Origin: Peribolospora baueri
Lineage: Eukaryota
Reading direction: 5' to 3'
DNA: 64,000 nt
NCBI GenBank assembly: GCA_029717555.1
Contig: JAMDHS010000005.1
Span: 186,001 to 250,000 of the forward strand
Made by a program: the position numbers and the translations under genes. Numbering within the stretch: the stretch's first letter is position 1; each line of letters starts with the position of its first letter. Under the pieces are notes generated by a model. That model made no database searches and was not told the DNA's origin. It was given only the letters and a program-made list of their open reading frames with translations. Shown one piece after another: positions 38,182 to 50,080 of this stretch.

Positions 38182-40449
38182 ATGGATGTCGATGCGCAAT
38201 CGTCCGCTGACCGCGCTGTGAACACAGGCGTCTCCCTCAAGGCCGCGCCCGACGCTCCTCTTCCTTCCCTCGCTGCCCCAGAGGCCTCGCCCCGAGTTGC
38301 GCCGCAGACAGCCTCCTTGCCTGATGCCGATGCCACGGCCGACAAACGGCCAGAGCCACGGCCAGGGCCAGAGTTTCTGGACGGCCTGGCAAGCTATGGA
38401 GGCACGACGGCCACCAGCAACGATGCTGCTGCTGCTGCCGATCCGTCCACACGCCCCGTTGAACCCCTAGGGTACCTCGTACCGGGATTGTCCAAGCTCG
38501 CCGACGAGCTCACTGTCTCCCAGCCCACTCTCTTGCCGACCTCCCACCCCGACTTCTTCAGCACGGCCAACCACCCTTACAACCGGAACGGCTGGCGCTA
38601 CACCCCTGCCGGCGCTGACAAGCGCCTCTCGCACACCCTCTTTCGTACCCTCGAGCTTCCGCCTCATAACGTGCGTTTCAGCTGGGAGGACCGCAGCCCG
38701 TTCACCAGAGTGGACCGAGAGGCCAGGCGGATCACCACCGATCGAGGCTTTCGCAGCGCGCGAGCCAACGTACCCGTACGCGAAGGAAAATGGTACTGTG
38801 AGGTGGTGGTGGAGGAGCCCGCCGCCGACGTCGTCGGCTCCTCCGCTGGCGGAGTGGGGTCGACGAGCGCGGAAGGAGGCATGGCGGACGGGCCCCACGT
38901 CCGCGTCGGATGGGGAAGGAGGGAGGCGTCGTTGAACGCGCCGGTCGGCTTCGATGGGTACTCCTACGGCCTTCGCGACCGCACGGGCGACAAGGTACAC
39001 CTCTCTAGACCCGTTCCTTATGGTCGACCCTTCTCCGTGGGCGATGTGGTGGGAATGTACGTCTCCCTCCCCCCTCTCGACGCTTTCCCGGCCTCCGGTC
39101 GCCTCGACGGCTCGGGTGAGAACGGGATGAAGGAGCAAGTCGGTGAGGACGACCCGAGACGGATCAAGCGCAACCGCATCCCTATCCGCTTTAAGGGCCA
39201 GCTTTACTTTGAGAGCTTGGAGTATGCCCACAGCAAGGAGATGAGCGCTCTTATGGATCGCACCAAGAAGAGCAAGCCGACAGGACGAGGAGCGGGCGAG
39301 ACAGGCTCCCTTCCACCTGGCGCGCCAGGTGGCAGCGGCCACGCTAGCTCAACGACGACAACAGCGACGACCACCACTACCACCAATGCTTCGGCCGGCG
39401 CCGCCAAGGTCAAGGGCGGCTCCGTAGGTCCTCCACGTAAGAGAACCAAGCTTGGTCCACCTGAGCCTGCCGCCCCGACGCTCCGGCCGCTCCGTCGGTT
39501 GCAAGGCTCGCACATCGCCTTTTTTCTCAACGGCCAGTCTCAAGGCGTCGCATTCCAGGACATCTTTGACTTCCGACCCCTCCCTCGCCTCCCTCCCAAG
39601 GGAAACCGGGGCCATGCCGGCGCCGAGAGTGGAAGCCAGGCAGACCGGGCGCTGCGAAGCAGGGAGAACCATCACGACGACGGCGCCGCTGGTTATTACG
39701 CCTTCATCAGCGTTTTCGGCGGCGCCGTTGCGCGCCTCAATCCGGGGCCTGACTTTGTCTTTCCCCCTCCTGCGGACATCGATGACGCTATAGGCGTCAC
39801 CGACGTCGATCAGGGAGCCCCTTCGCCGTGCTCTCAACGCGCGCCGTGGCGGCCACTATGCGAGCTTTACGACATATTCATGGCCGAGCAGATGGCGCTC
39901 GACTTTCGAGACGAGGAGATGGCCAAGCGCGATGCGGAAAAGAGGGAGAAGGAGAAGGAGAGAGAGAAGGCCAGGCAGCAAGAGAGGAAGAAGGCGGCGG
40001 CTGCCACTGCCACTGCCACTGCCACTACCGCTCGTCTCCCTTCTGCCTCGTCAGCGGCTGGGAAACAGAACAAGCTCGCGCAGGCGAAGAAGACGCTTGC
40101 TTCCAGTTTTGCCGCTTCGGACCCCAAAGGCGAGGAGGCGCCCCACCCGCTTGAGGAGGAGGGCATGAACGGCAAGCCCGTGAAACTGGAGGACGCGGGG
40201 GAGAAGGTGGACGATTCGCCGGCATCCGGGCCGAGCGCGCAGGACGGTGGTCAACCTTTGTCCACGTTGACGTTGCCGGACATTCATCACGACCAGAACG
40301 AATGGATGCAAGGGCCACTACCGAATGGCGCGATGGATGCGGGCATAGACCTTAGCAGCCTGCCCCCGCCAGGGTCTAGCTTGTCCGTCTCGTACGCTAA
40401 CGACGGCTGGTTCTCGGTCCCTCGTTACGAAAGCCACCAAAAGGAATAA
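38182..40449 (+). CDS. BRE2: COMPASS/Set1C subunit Bre2/Ash2 (SPRY domain), single exon, 755 aa
   Basis: Motifs NRNGWRY, FSWEDRSP, GFRSARANVPVREGKWYCEV, HVRVGWGRREASLNAPVGFDGYSYGLRD, RIPIRFKGQLYFE, FFLNGQSQGVAFQDI and LNPGPDF. Confidence 0.93.
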   Translation: MDVDAQSSADRAVNTGVSLKAAPDAPLPSLAAPEASPRVAPQTASLPDADATADKRPEPRPGPEFLDGLASYGGTTATSNDAAAAADPSTRPVEPLGYLVPGLSKLADELTVSQPTLLPTSHPDFFSTANHPYNRNGWRYTPAGADKRLSHTLFRTLELPPHNVRFSWEDRSPFTRVDREARRITTDRGFRSARANVPVREGKWYCEVVVEEPAADVVGSSAGGVGSTSAEGGMADGPHVRVGWGRREASLNAPVGFDGYSYGLRDRTGDKVHLSRPVPYGRPFSVGDVVGMYVSLPPLDAFPASGRLDGSGENGMKEQVGEDDPRRIKRNRIPIRFKGQLYFESLEYAHSKEMSALMDRTKKSKPTGRGAGETGSLPPGAPGGSGHASSTTTTATTTTTTNASAGAAKVKGGSVGPPRKRTKLGPPEPAAPTLRPLRRLQGSHIAFFLNGQSQGVAFQDIFDFRPLPRLPPKGNRGHAGAESGSQADRALRSRENHHDDGAAGYYAFISVFGGAVARLNPGPDFVFPPPADIDDAIGVTDVDQGAPSPCSQRAPWRPLCELYDIFMAEQMALDFRDEEMAKRDAEKREKEKEREKARQQERKKAAAATATATATTARLPSASSAAGKQNKLAQAKKTLASSFAASDPKGEEAPHPLEEEGMNGKPVKLEDAGEKVDDSPASGPSAQDGGQPLSTLTLPDIHHDQNEWMQGPLPNGAMDAGIDLSSLPPPGSSLSVSYANDGWFSVPRYESHQKE

Positions 40450-40488
40450 TGAAGCAATTTGCTCCCTCTTGTCGCTGAGAGCTTCTCT

Positions 40489-40519
40489 CTCACACACGCA
40501 CACACACACACACACGCAC
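40489..40519. repeat. (CA)n microsatellite just 3' of BRE2
   Basis: Read directly from the sequence. Confidence 0.8.
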
Positions 40520-41639
40520 GCCCCCCTTGTACGAACAGCCGTTTGGCTTCGCTCATCTTAGATGGATATTCCCCCGGGCTCTGGCTCGGAACGGACGTCT
40601 CATGCGGTCTACCGCCGCGGCAGTCAGTCAGTCTATAGGAGCTTGGGCAAGTCAATGCATGCTTCCTTCCGCTTGAGCCTGATCTTACAACTTCCCTGCT
40701 TACTTGTCTGACATGGAGACCACGGATCAAATCAGTCAGAGCGAGATAGGGCGCGTCTTAGGGGGGGGGGGGTGGCACCCGCACTCTCCCTCCTCTTCCG
40801 TCACCGTCGCCCGCACGTCTCCCCAGCTTTTTTGCGCCTTCCGCACAGCCGTGTGCCGAGCAAGCATGTCTCGTGAGGTGCTCACGGCACCCCTGCCCTG
40901 CTGGAGCTCGAGGGTGGCGACGTCCCCATGCACCCTCTCCCTGCTCGAGAGACCGGCGAGGATTTTGACGAGGTCAAAAGAGGAGCCATGAGCAGCGGCG
41001 ACCTCAAGGGCGCCCCCGTCCCGCCCCGTCATTGAATCGCTTCCGACGATTCCGCCACCCACTCAAGGGCGACCTTTGAACGTCGTCAAAACCAACTTCG
41101 CTCTAATCGCCGTGCAGGAGATGCGTTCGGTCGACCCAGAGGCGGTGGAACGCGCCAAGGAGATGCAAGAGAGAAACTGAAGAGCAAGGGCAAGGGGAAG
41201 AAGTCGAGGGCGGCTCTTCACGACCGACCGGTGGATCCCATCTTGTCTAGCAAGATCACAGCCAGCACGGGGAGATAGATGAGAGCGCAGACAACTTCGA
41301 CGGCTTTCCTCAGGCGAAGCCAACCTCTTTCCCAGAACGTCCTTCACGGCTTTTTTTTTTTTTTTTTCCTTTCGACGCCAGGATGGGGGCTGAAAAGTCT
41401 CCGACAGAGAAGATGCCGGCTCTAGCTCTCTAGCTCTCCCATCGACGCGTAGTCCACCCGTTGACGACGACGATGAAGAAGCCAAAAACGCATGCCCGGT
41501 CCCGTCTCAAGGCCATCCATCAAGACTGAGAGCATGAGAACGATCCTCCGGAAGGCCCGGAGAGGCTGCATGGCGACCGTCATCGCGGCGTGTCGCTGAG
41601 CAAAGCTCATCCATTTCGCTCCCTGCAACTACGCGCTGA

Positions 41640-42064
41640 AGGGCGCGGTCCTAAAAACCCGCGTTTTTGTAGAACTGCAGTTTCATACAAAAGCTGTGAT
41701 ATTGAAAAGGGTCGATTTCGTATTCCCGAACGACGCACATGAAAATCCCTGTTTTTACTAGGTCCGCTTATATCCGTAGTCTTTGAGATCACATGCAAAC
41801 TTCGCGACGCGTCAAACGGATGAGATCAGATCCGCAGCATAAACTGCGCCTTTCTGGGAAAACAGCAGCCTGGGGGGTCAGTTTTCTGTTGGCTGATTTT
41901 GGCTGGGAGAAAAAAGCACGGGTTTTTGTAAATCCACGTTTTCAAAGTGCAGCCGAACGTACGCATTTTTGAGATATCGGCGTTTTCACATTTTTTATTC
42001 CGTTTTCTTCACTTTCGATTTGAGTGTCCCGTGAAGGGAAATGTCATGTGACCTGTCACGTGAC
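41640..42064. mobile_element. AT-richer non-coding segment resembling a DNA-transposon terminus, abutting the Copia gag
   Basis: Compositional shift with A/T tracts. Short inverted motifs (AAAAACCCG / CGGGTTTTT). TTTTGGCTGGG is shared with the 32.2-32.9 kb element. Ends in GTCATGTGAC-CT-GTCACGTGAC. Confidence 0.4.
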
Positions 42065-42183
42065 GAATTTTATGAACTAAACCAATACGACCTTCACTGG
42101 CACCTGTGCTGGGAACAACCACCACAAAATAAGAGCTGGAGAAGGAACTTGCTGCTCAGAAGGCCTCACAAGGAACCAGCAGC

Positions 42184-45100
42184 ATGACGCAAGAACCCAC
42201 CAAGGACAAGGACGTCAGCACCATAATCGACCTTGAAACAAAGAAAAACAACATTATAGAATTGGCTCTTCACATCGCAAAACTAAAAAGGAGCAGCAGC
42301 AGCTTCCACAGCTGGTCCAATAAACTTCAAGACGTAATCGATCCCATTCCGCACGCGTTCGAGATCCTCACTGCCTCCTTTCCTGACTTCATCCCCGGCT
42401 GCAAACACTACGACCACAACCTGGATACATTCCTTGGTATTGTCGTCCGTTTTACGTGCGACGACTCCAGGGCCAAAGGGAATGTGGCCAACTTAAATTT
42501 ACGAAGGCCCCAACGAGACCAGGGATGTTGGCAGCAACCTCTACAAAAAACTCAAGACCTTCCTCTCCATGTGATGCAGCCAGGGGCCGGCAAGCCATAT
42601 CCGACCTATTCGGTCTCACCCTGGACGGCTCGGTAGAGGAACTCGGCGATAAGATTGCTGAACTGGTGGAGATGGGGGCTAGGGCCGGAATCACAATTAC
42701 GGACGGGGAACAACCGGAGGCCCTATTTAATGCATGCGATGAGGACACGAAACTTCACCAGGTCGTCACCGCTATGGAGACAAGCGGCAATCCGGCCTAC
42801 AACTTGTACCACGGAGCATTGAGCTACCTCACCATCGGCAATACAGCCAGGCGCCGGCAAGTCAGATCCGACCTATTCGGCCTCACCCTGGACGGCTCGG
42901 TAGAGGAACTCGGCGGTGAGATCGCTGAACTGGTGGAGATGGGGCTAGGGCCGGAGTCACAATTACAGACGAGGATCAACGGGACGCCCTATTTAACGCA
43001 TACGATGGGGACCCGAAACTTCGCCAGTTCGTCACCGCTATGGAGATAAGCGGCAATCTGGCTTACAAGTCGTGCTACGGAGCATTGAGCTACCTCACCA
43101 TCAAGGACTTGCAACGCCCTGAGCGAATCGAGTCCCGCCGATCCAGGCCTAGGCACACAGCCACCAATGACACCCCCCGTCAAAAGGGAAATCGCGGCCA
43201 AGGGGGAAGGAGGAAGCCACCCTCAGGAACAACCTGCAACTTTTGCAAGAGCCCCGACCACAGGATCAGGGATTGCGATCATCCCAACTTTGATCCGAAG
43301 ATCTGGAGGGACGATGTCAAGAAGGGGGCCGGAAACTTCCGCAAACCTACGCCTAAGAAGAACTTGACGAAGGACACGAAGAGCAAGTCCGTCTAAAAGG
43401 CTAGAAAGGCGTCTACCGAGGGCAGCGACTTCGAGGCCGGATCGCGGCTTATGGAGAAAGTGGACGGAAGAGGACGTGAGTACGGTGCCATTTAGACCTG
43501 GGCTCGGGGAGCACAACCTATATGTACTATGGCTGCGATTCCTTCAGCTGTTTCAGGATCACCGGAGGCGAAGTCGAGTTGGCGGATGGCGTTACCGTGC
43601 CAACCGAAGGGATCGGCGAAGTCACCATCACGTTCGTCGATGCAGAAGGGCTCACACATACCATCACACTTCCGGATTGCCTATACGTCCCGGCTCTAGA
43701 TGAAAACTTAATCTCGGTCGCCCGGTTGGTCAAGCCTGGATTCAAGATATCCTTGAATAACCGATATGCCCGCATCGCCCGTCCTGGTTGGCCCACTATC
43801 CACCTCGCCATGCACAACTCTTGCTGGCGAGTCTTTCCCAGACAACAGGCCCTACGGACTAAGACCTCCCCTTGCCCTCTTCCTGCTGTATCATCAACCT
43901 GGCACTCCCGCTTGGTGGGCTATGCTAGTAATGAACGAATTCGTCTCCTCTCCTCTCTGGGCGTCGGTGTCCCACCGCACATCTCGTGCAGCAAACGTTT
44001 CTGCGAGGTCTGCACTCGGTCCAAACACTCTAAGGCTAGCTTTCCTCACAGCACCACCCCTCGTGCTTCACGCCGCCTTCAGCTCATCCACGTTGACCTT
44101 GTAGGACCGATCCGGGGTGTGCGCCACAATCCCAAAGAATATGTCCTCATAGTCGTGGACGACGCCTCTCGCCCTGGTATGGGCATTCCCGCTCGGGAAC
44201 AAAAGCTCTGCCTCCGCAAAACTCTTCAAGTGGGCCGCTACCGCCGAGGCACACACGGGTAACCGCGTAGGAACGATCCGATGTGATAACGGCAAAGAAT
44301 TCCTGAAGAAGGAAATTAAGGTCTGGATGGACCCGAAGGGAATCCAATGGCAGATCACTGCCGTTGATACGAGTAAACAGAACGGCGTTGCCGAGAGGGT
44401 GAACAGGACGCTCATGGCCAAAACTCGTGCGCTTCTCAAGGATGCTGAGCTCGGCGACCAATATTGGAAGGAGGCCGTCACTACTGCTGCATACCTCATT
44501 AACCGTCTCGTAAGCTCGGAAATAAGCTCCCTTATACCCGATGGTATAACGAGAAACCCATCCTCTCCGGTCTCCGTCGCTTCGGATGCGTCGCTTATGC
44601 TCTAGCCAAGAAACCTATCGGTAAACTCTCCGACCGGAGCATTCAGGGCGTTTTTATGGGCTATGATGAATCCCGAAGATTCTATCGGCTATATACGCCC
44701 GGCTATCGACCTGAATGGCGCTAGGCTCGCGATGTGCAGTTCGGCGAGAACTCCAACTGGAAGACACGGCCCGCTACTCGCGCGAACATGCCGGATCAAG
44801 TCGTCTCGCTTGACTTCCTTGCGGCTTTACGGGGGGAAATTGACGGTGATAAGCCCGACAAGGAAGACATGGAACAAGGGAACGACATTCTACCCAACGA
44901 CCCTCTTAGAGACCTTTCCGCCGACCAGCCCGACACTGCAACAGAACAACCCGGCCAGCAGCCTGACATGCAAAAAGAACAGGTGAACAACTCTACCAAA
45001 TGACCCTCTCACAGACCTTCCCGTCGAACAGCCCGATGCTCCAGCAGAACAACCCGATCAACAGTCCGACATGCAACAACCCGAGGAACTGACGCACCAA

Positions 45101-46082
45101 GAGGACCAAAACGAACACTTCTTCCGTATGTAGAAGATCTAGTACGTGAGGAGAACGCCGCTTCCAAGCCTCAGCCAGCTCCTAGGGAACGTCCCGTACC
45201 TTACAAGGAAGTACCTTCCCCTCGCCGACCTTAACCATCCCGGTCAGGCGCCCCGGGTCGTTCCCGCCGCCCTATCAAACCATCGGCAAAGCTTATGGAA
45301 AGCCAAGAAAGGGAGGAGGTCCGACTTCGGAGTAAACAGAAGGCCGAAGAGCTCAAGGCCTGCCGAGAGCAAGCCCAACGGAACCGAGAATCTAACTTGG
45401 CCCACGAACGAAGGCTCAATCTCCGAAATCGGCAATCGGCGAAGAAGGCTAGAGGCCCGGTCAAATGGAGCAAACTTCCTGGTGGAGAAGGTAGGCAACC
45501 CGTGCCGCCGGAATTGGCCCTGAACTCACCCGAACACGGTGAAAAGTGGCGCGAGGCCCTACAGAAGGAACTAGGCTCACTGAAGAAGAGTCGTACCTGG
45601 ACTCCGGTTAAGTCACTAGCCAGACGAAAGGTAATCAAACACAAGACTATTTTCATACGGAAAATGTATGCCGACTATAAGCCCAACGGGTACAAGTGCC
45701 GAAAAGTTGCAAAGGGGCTCACCCAACGCGGTGGTCTCGATTACAATAAGACCAAGTGCTGTCGCAGCCTTCCTCAACGCCCAGCTCAAGGAGAAAATCT
45801 ACATGACTGGGCCGGAGAAACCCGGTGGCTTCGTTCGACTATTGAAAACGCTTTATGGTCTAAAGCAATCCCCTCGCGAATGGGAACGGCATGTGCAGAA
45901 GACTATGGCCAAACTGGGATATTGAGCCTCAGAAGTATCTTCCTGTATCTTCATGAGGGGTCACGGCCCTAATCGGATCTTCATTCTGGTATACGTCGAC
46001 GACTTCCTCCTCCTCTCACCCAGCACCCTGACCATAGAGAGAGTTTGATATTACAGACAATGGAGAAGCCAAGCACTTCCTC
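42184..46082 (+). mobile_element. Degenerate, truncated Ty1/Copia LTR retrotransposon (gag-PR-IN-RT; no RNase H or LTRs found)
   Basis: Copia domain order. CCHC knuckle CNFCKSPDHRIRDC (~43235), decayed protease GSGSTTYM (43501) and LYVPALDENLISV. Pre-integrase WHSRL..CEVC; integrase IHVDLVGP, VVDDASR, IRCDNGKEF, QNGVAERVNRTL. RT AFLNAQL..IYM, LYGLKQSPREW, LVYVDD (~45990), FDITDNGEAKHFL. Multiple frameshifts and stops. Confidence 0.95.
42577..43102 (+). repeat. Tandem duplication of a 267-bp unit within gag
   Basis: CCGACCTATTCGG...GAGCTACCTCACCATC starts at 42601 and again at 42868. By eye there are about 23 substitutions and one 1-bp indel over about 235 bp. Confidence 0.95.
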
Positions 46083-48649
46083 TTTCACACGAGAGTGAGC
46101 GAGCTTGGATCAGCGACGGAGGTCAAAATCCTCACAAGCTGATTGACGCCGTTTGATGTGTGTTCAGTCCATGGTCGTTTCCTCTGCCAGCAGTATTTCG
46201 TCCAACGCTGGAGGTGAGCTATTCCACGACGAGATCTTCCTACGCGGGGATTCCGGCAGACAGATTATGCGTGCTGGCGTTACAGCTCCCTATAAACACG
46301 TGGTTGCCATGGAAAGCTGTCAGCTCGACGAGGCACCGCCCATTATAAGGGACTCATTAGAGAGAAGACGAGGCTCTTGGTGCCGGAAGTCGCCGAGGCC
46401 AACGAGATCTTGTCGGTTGCGTATATGGACGGACAGAAGATGGGATGCGTGTGACCATGAGGGCCTACTTGACTAGAGTTCACTAGGGCTTCTTTTGTCT
46501 GAACGCCACAGATACCAGGACGATGGAGAGAGGGGGGTTAGGTGGGTCAGTTTGCTGTTATTGAGCAACGGATACGTCTAAAAGGCTTTTGGCTCCGAGA
46601 GCAGGTCCAACCGTGGCGTGCCTCTCTTTGGGCTCAGATGCAGAGATGGCTTTCCGTTTGAAGAACGAGTACGCAACCTGGCCGGTCCCTAAAGACTCGT
46701 TGGTCAGCGAGGTTGACCTACCGGGTGATCCTGACGAGGCGACCCAGTAACGTCGTCGTCATCGTCGTCGTCGTCGTCGCCAGAACAAGAGCGAGAAGAG
46801 AGTGGCGCTTTCGATCACCCTCTCGCATGGGAACCTTAAAATTCGGATGACCTTTCCCCTCTTTGGTCGGCGTTGGTTTGTGGCTGATAAGGACGGCGTT
46901 GGCTTGCATCAATGTTACGTGTGCTTAGAGAGGTGTGTCGTGGTTCCTTCTTCGTCCCCGCTCACACATTCGACCCGTTCCCAGCACGTCGTTACGCTGT
47001 CCACCCCGACAGCAAGTCATGAGCGACGGATCGACGTGTGCCGTACCGCCGGGGGCGCCAAGACGGCACCGCCATTGTCTCCTCGTGTCGCTCACAGGCC
47101 TCGACAGCGGCCCCGCCCGCCCGCCCGCCCGCCCGAAACGAGCCATTCTTTGTGGATGAAGGGAGTGGAGTGGGAATGGATGGACGGACGGAGAGGAGGT
47201 AAGTAGATAGGAAAGGCGGGCTCAAAACAAGACAAGACGAGGAGCAACACGGGACACGGAACAGGAGTAACGGATAGGGGACGAGGGGGCGAAGAAGAGC
47301 CGAAGAAGAAGAAGAAGGCGCAGTTCTGAGGCACGGCCTAAGCGGGGCCCATTTGGAAAGGCACGTTGATCAGAAGAGAAGGAGGACGGGGGAACGCATC
47401 CGCCGTAGAAAAGTAGTGCAACCGATCATGCTGGCGCCAAGAACAGGCGAACGAAAAGAAAGGAAAATCGGACACAGGTCGCAAGAGCTAGAAGGGCGGC
47501 CGGAAGGATGAAGGGCACGAGGGCAAAAGAAGCGGCTCAACGGATGGAGGCGGCGCGGCGAGATCGAGACGGGAACGGGCGGTGGTAAAAAGTCGAGACA
47601 CCGAGGTGGCGAGGCGAGGAGAACAATTGGAAAGGCGGGCAACATCCAGTCGATAAGGTGATGGCGATGGCAAAACGAGACGACACCAAGAAAAGACGGG
47701 GAGGAAGGCGATGTCGACTAAGTAACGGCGACCGGTAGCGGCGACTGTGTGGTTTGGTAGGCGGAGATGGAGACCAGAGTGGAGAAGAAAAAAAAAAGGT
47801 TTCGGGCGCGAGATACGTACGTACGTATGTACGGTATGTCGTTGTAGCCTCTGCTAATGCTTCCTTCCTTCCTTCCTTCCTTTAGCGCGGGGTTATTCGA
47901 CACTCGTGGGAGAGAAAAAAGAAGAAGAAGAAGAAAAAAGCTTGGTGCTCTTCCGTCTGTCCGTATAGGCTTGGGCTTGAGCGCCGCGAATCAGAGGTCA
48001 AAAAAGTCGTCGTCCGTCTAACCGCTACTAGTACGGTCCGCTGGCAGTGCCAGTGCAGAACAAGGAAAAGAACCAAGGATAGATGGAGGGATAGATGGAT
48101 GGATGAAGGCGACGGATGTTCACAAGTGCGAACGGACGGGCGGTGGGCGAGCGTCGCGTCGGATCGGTTCGAAGGATGGAAGGATCGCGAGGTTCGATCG
48201 GTCGGGTGACACGACACGGCACGGTGCGGCGCGCCGGTCCGATCGAGACGGGAGGGAGGGACGTTGGTCGGGGCGCGTTCGCTCGCGTCCCTAACGCCAC
48301 CTCAGGCGACCGACCACTTCCAACGTTCAGTTCACGGAAGACTGCGGCCATCTTATTGTCCATCGGTAAACCTAACTAACTACGTACACGTCCCCCGACA
48401 TACACAAACGAACAACAGCAAGCCCCGCCTCCCGCCCAGGGCCAATATCACACAGAGCCGCCAACCGAAACGGGCGGACGTTAAAGACGAGGTCTAAGGA
48501 GATTATGTCCTCGAGTTGGACCGGATAAAGAAACGGGCATGCTGCGAGTACCGACTGGATAGACGTGGAATAGATATATAAAGACAGAGTGGGCCCGAGT
48601 CGGAAGGAAGGACCGCGAGGAACAAGAGTTAGGGGAGATGTCTAGCACT

Positions 48650-50080
48650 TCAAGTGGCGCCTATGTTTTTCCTCGGCACCGTCGAGCCAATGCAGATGCC
48701 CCGAGACCGATGCCGAGCTAAAGCATCGCGCCTGGCGAAGGCGCTGCCACTGGGAAGAAAGAGACAAAGAAATGAGGACCGGAAGCGTCTGCGAAGACAA
48801 GCAAGGTTGTTCCCACTCACCATGGGCAAACGTTTTCCTTCTCGACCATGTGAATCTTGACATGACGACGAAGGTCGTGCTGGCGAACAAAAGACATGCC
48901 GCTGATGGCGAGGAGACAAACGAGAGACGATGAGCGCCGGCTCGGCCGCAACAACAAACGCCCACGACACTCACCAGTCGCCGACATGACACTTATACGG
49001 CCGGTCGCCCAAGTGGGTCTGAACGTGGCTGTACGTGGCGCTCCGTCGGGGGAAGATGGCCTTGCAGAGGGCACATTGCCAGTGCTTGCCGCCCCTTCCG
49101 GGCTTTTTGATTGGCTTGCCGCTAGAAGAGGTGGCGGAGATGGCCTTGTGGGAAGGAATGACGATGATGTGCTTCTCCACGTCCTCCTTGCGCAGCGCTC
49201 CCTCTGGCTCGAATACGGGGACGCCGTCGACAGTCGAAGACGAGGACGAGGACGCGTCCGCGCCGACGAGGTGTCCAGTGCGACCGTCGATCATGCACTC
49301 GGCTCCGATCGAGTGACTTGGTCCCGGTCCGGTCATCGCCACGTCCATGGCGGCCAGCACGTCCTGGCTGGGGAAGGCGCGCTGAAGCTCAAGGCCGAGT
49401 CCCGTTCCGCCGGCCTGGCCCCAAAACGTGGGATCGGTAGGCGTTTCGGGCGGCGTTGCGGTGGATGAGGACGAGGTGGAAGCAGCGGACGAAGAGGTTG
49501 AGTCGCGACGGAGGTCGTCGACTCGAGACGTTTCTGCGGCGGCGGCGGCGGCGGCGGCGGCCTTGCCTGCCATCATCGCTTTGAGCTTCTTGGGCTTGGG
49601 GCCCGGTCGGAGACGCTGAGGTGGCGGAGGCAAGCCAGTGGCCGTCGTCGTCGTCGTCGACTCCGGCCTCGGCGGTCTCGCTCCGTCGAGAGGCGGGGTG
49701 GATGAAGCGGTGGAAGCGGCGGGAGCGAAGGTGCTGGGACCGGGGGGATAGGCTCCCTGGTAGAAGGCGCCGGCGTACATGGGCTGAGGAGTGACCTGGA
49801 AGAGGCCGTTGCCTTGCCACATCGACGGTATATGCGCGGACTCGGAGACCGAAGGCATCGTGGGGGCGCCCTTGGGAGCGTCGGCGGGGAAGGCAAAGTG
49901 GGAAGGGATGACGGGGCCGGCGCCCGAGAAAGAGTCGCCGAGCTTGTCGCTGGCGTACGGGCTGACGAAGCCGCCGACGATGGCGTGCTCGGCGGCGCCT
50001 TCACCGCCTGGGCCGTACCACTGGGGGTTGTTCATCGGCCATTGCCAGCTGATGCTGTCGGGGAACTGAGCGTAAGACAT
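48650..50080 (-). CDS. Three-finger C2H2 transcription factor, Swi5/Ace2-type DNA-binding domain (3 exons)
   Basis: The spliced C-terminus WQCALCKAIFPRRSATYSHVQTHLGDRPYKCHVGDC|GMSFVRQHDLRRHVKIHMVEKENVCPC|GSAFARRDALARHRSRGICIG includes the Swi5/Ace2 third-finger pattern CPCG..F.R.DAL..HRSR.IC.G. Both introns split TG|Y Cys codons in frame. Confidence 0.88.

Noticed and set aside
46520..46720. GGAGAGAGGGGGG polypurine tract as a possible PPT before a 3' LTR
   Set aside because: There is no matching 5' LTR, no clean TG start and no RNase H between RT and the tract.
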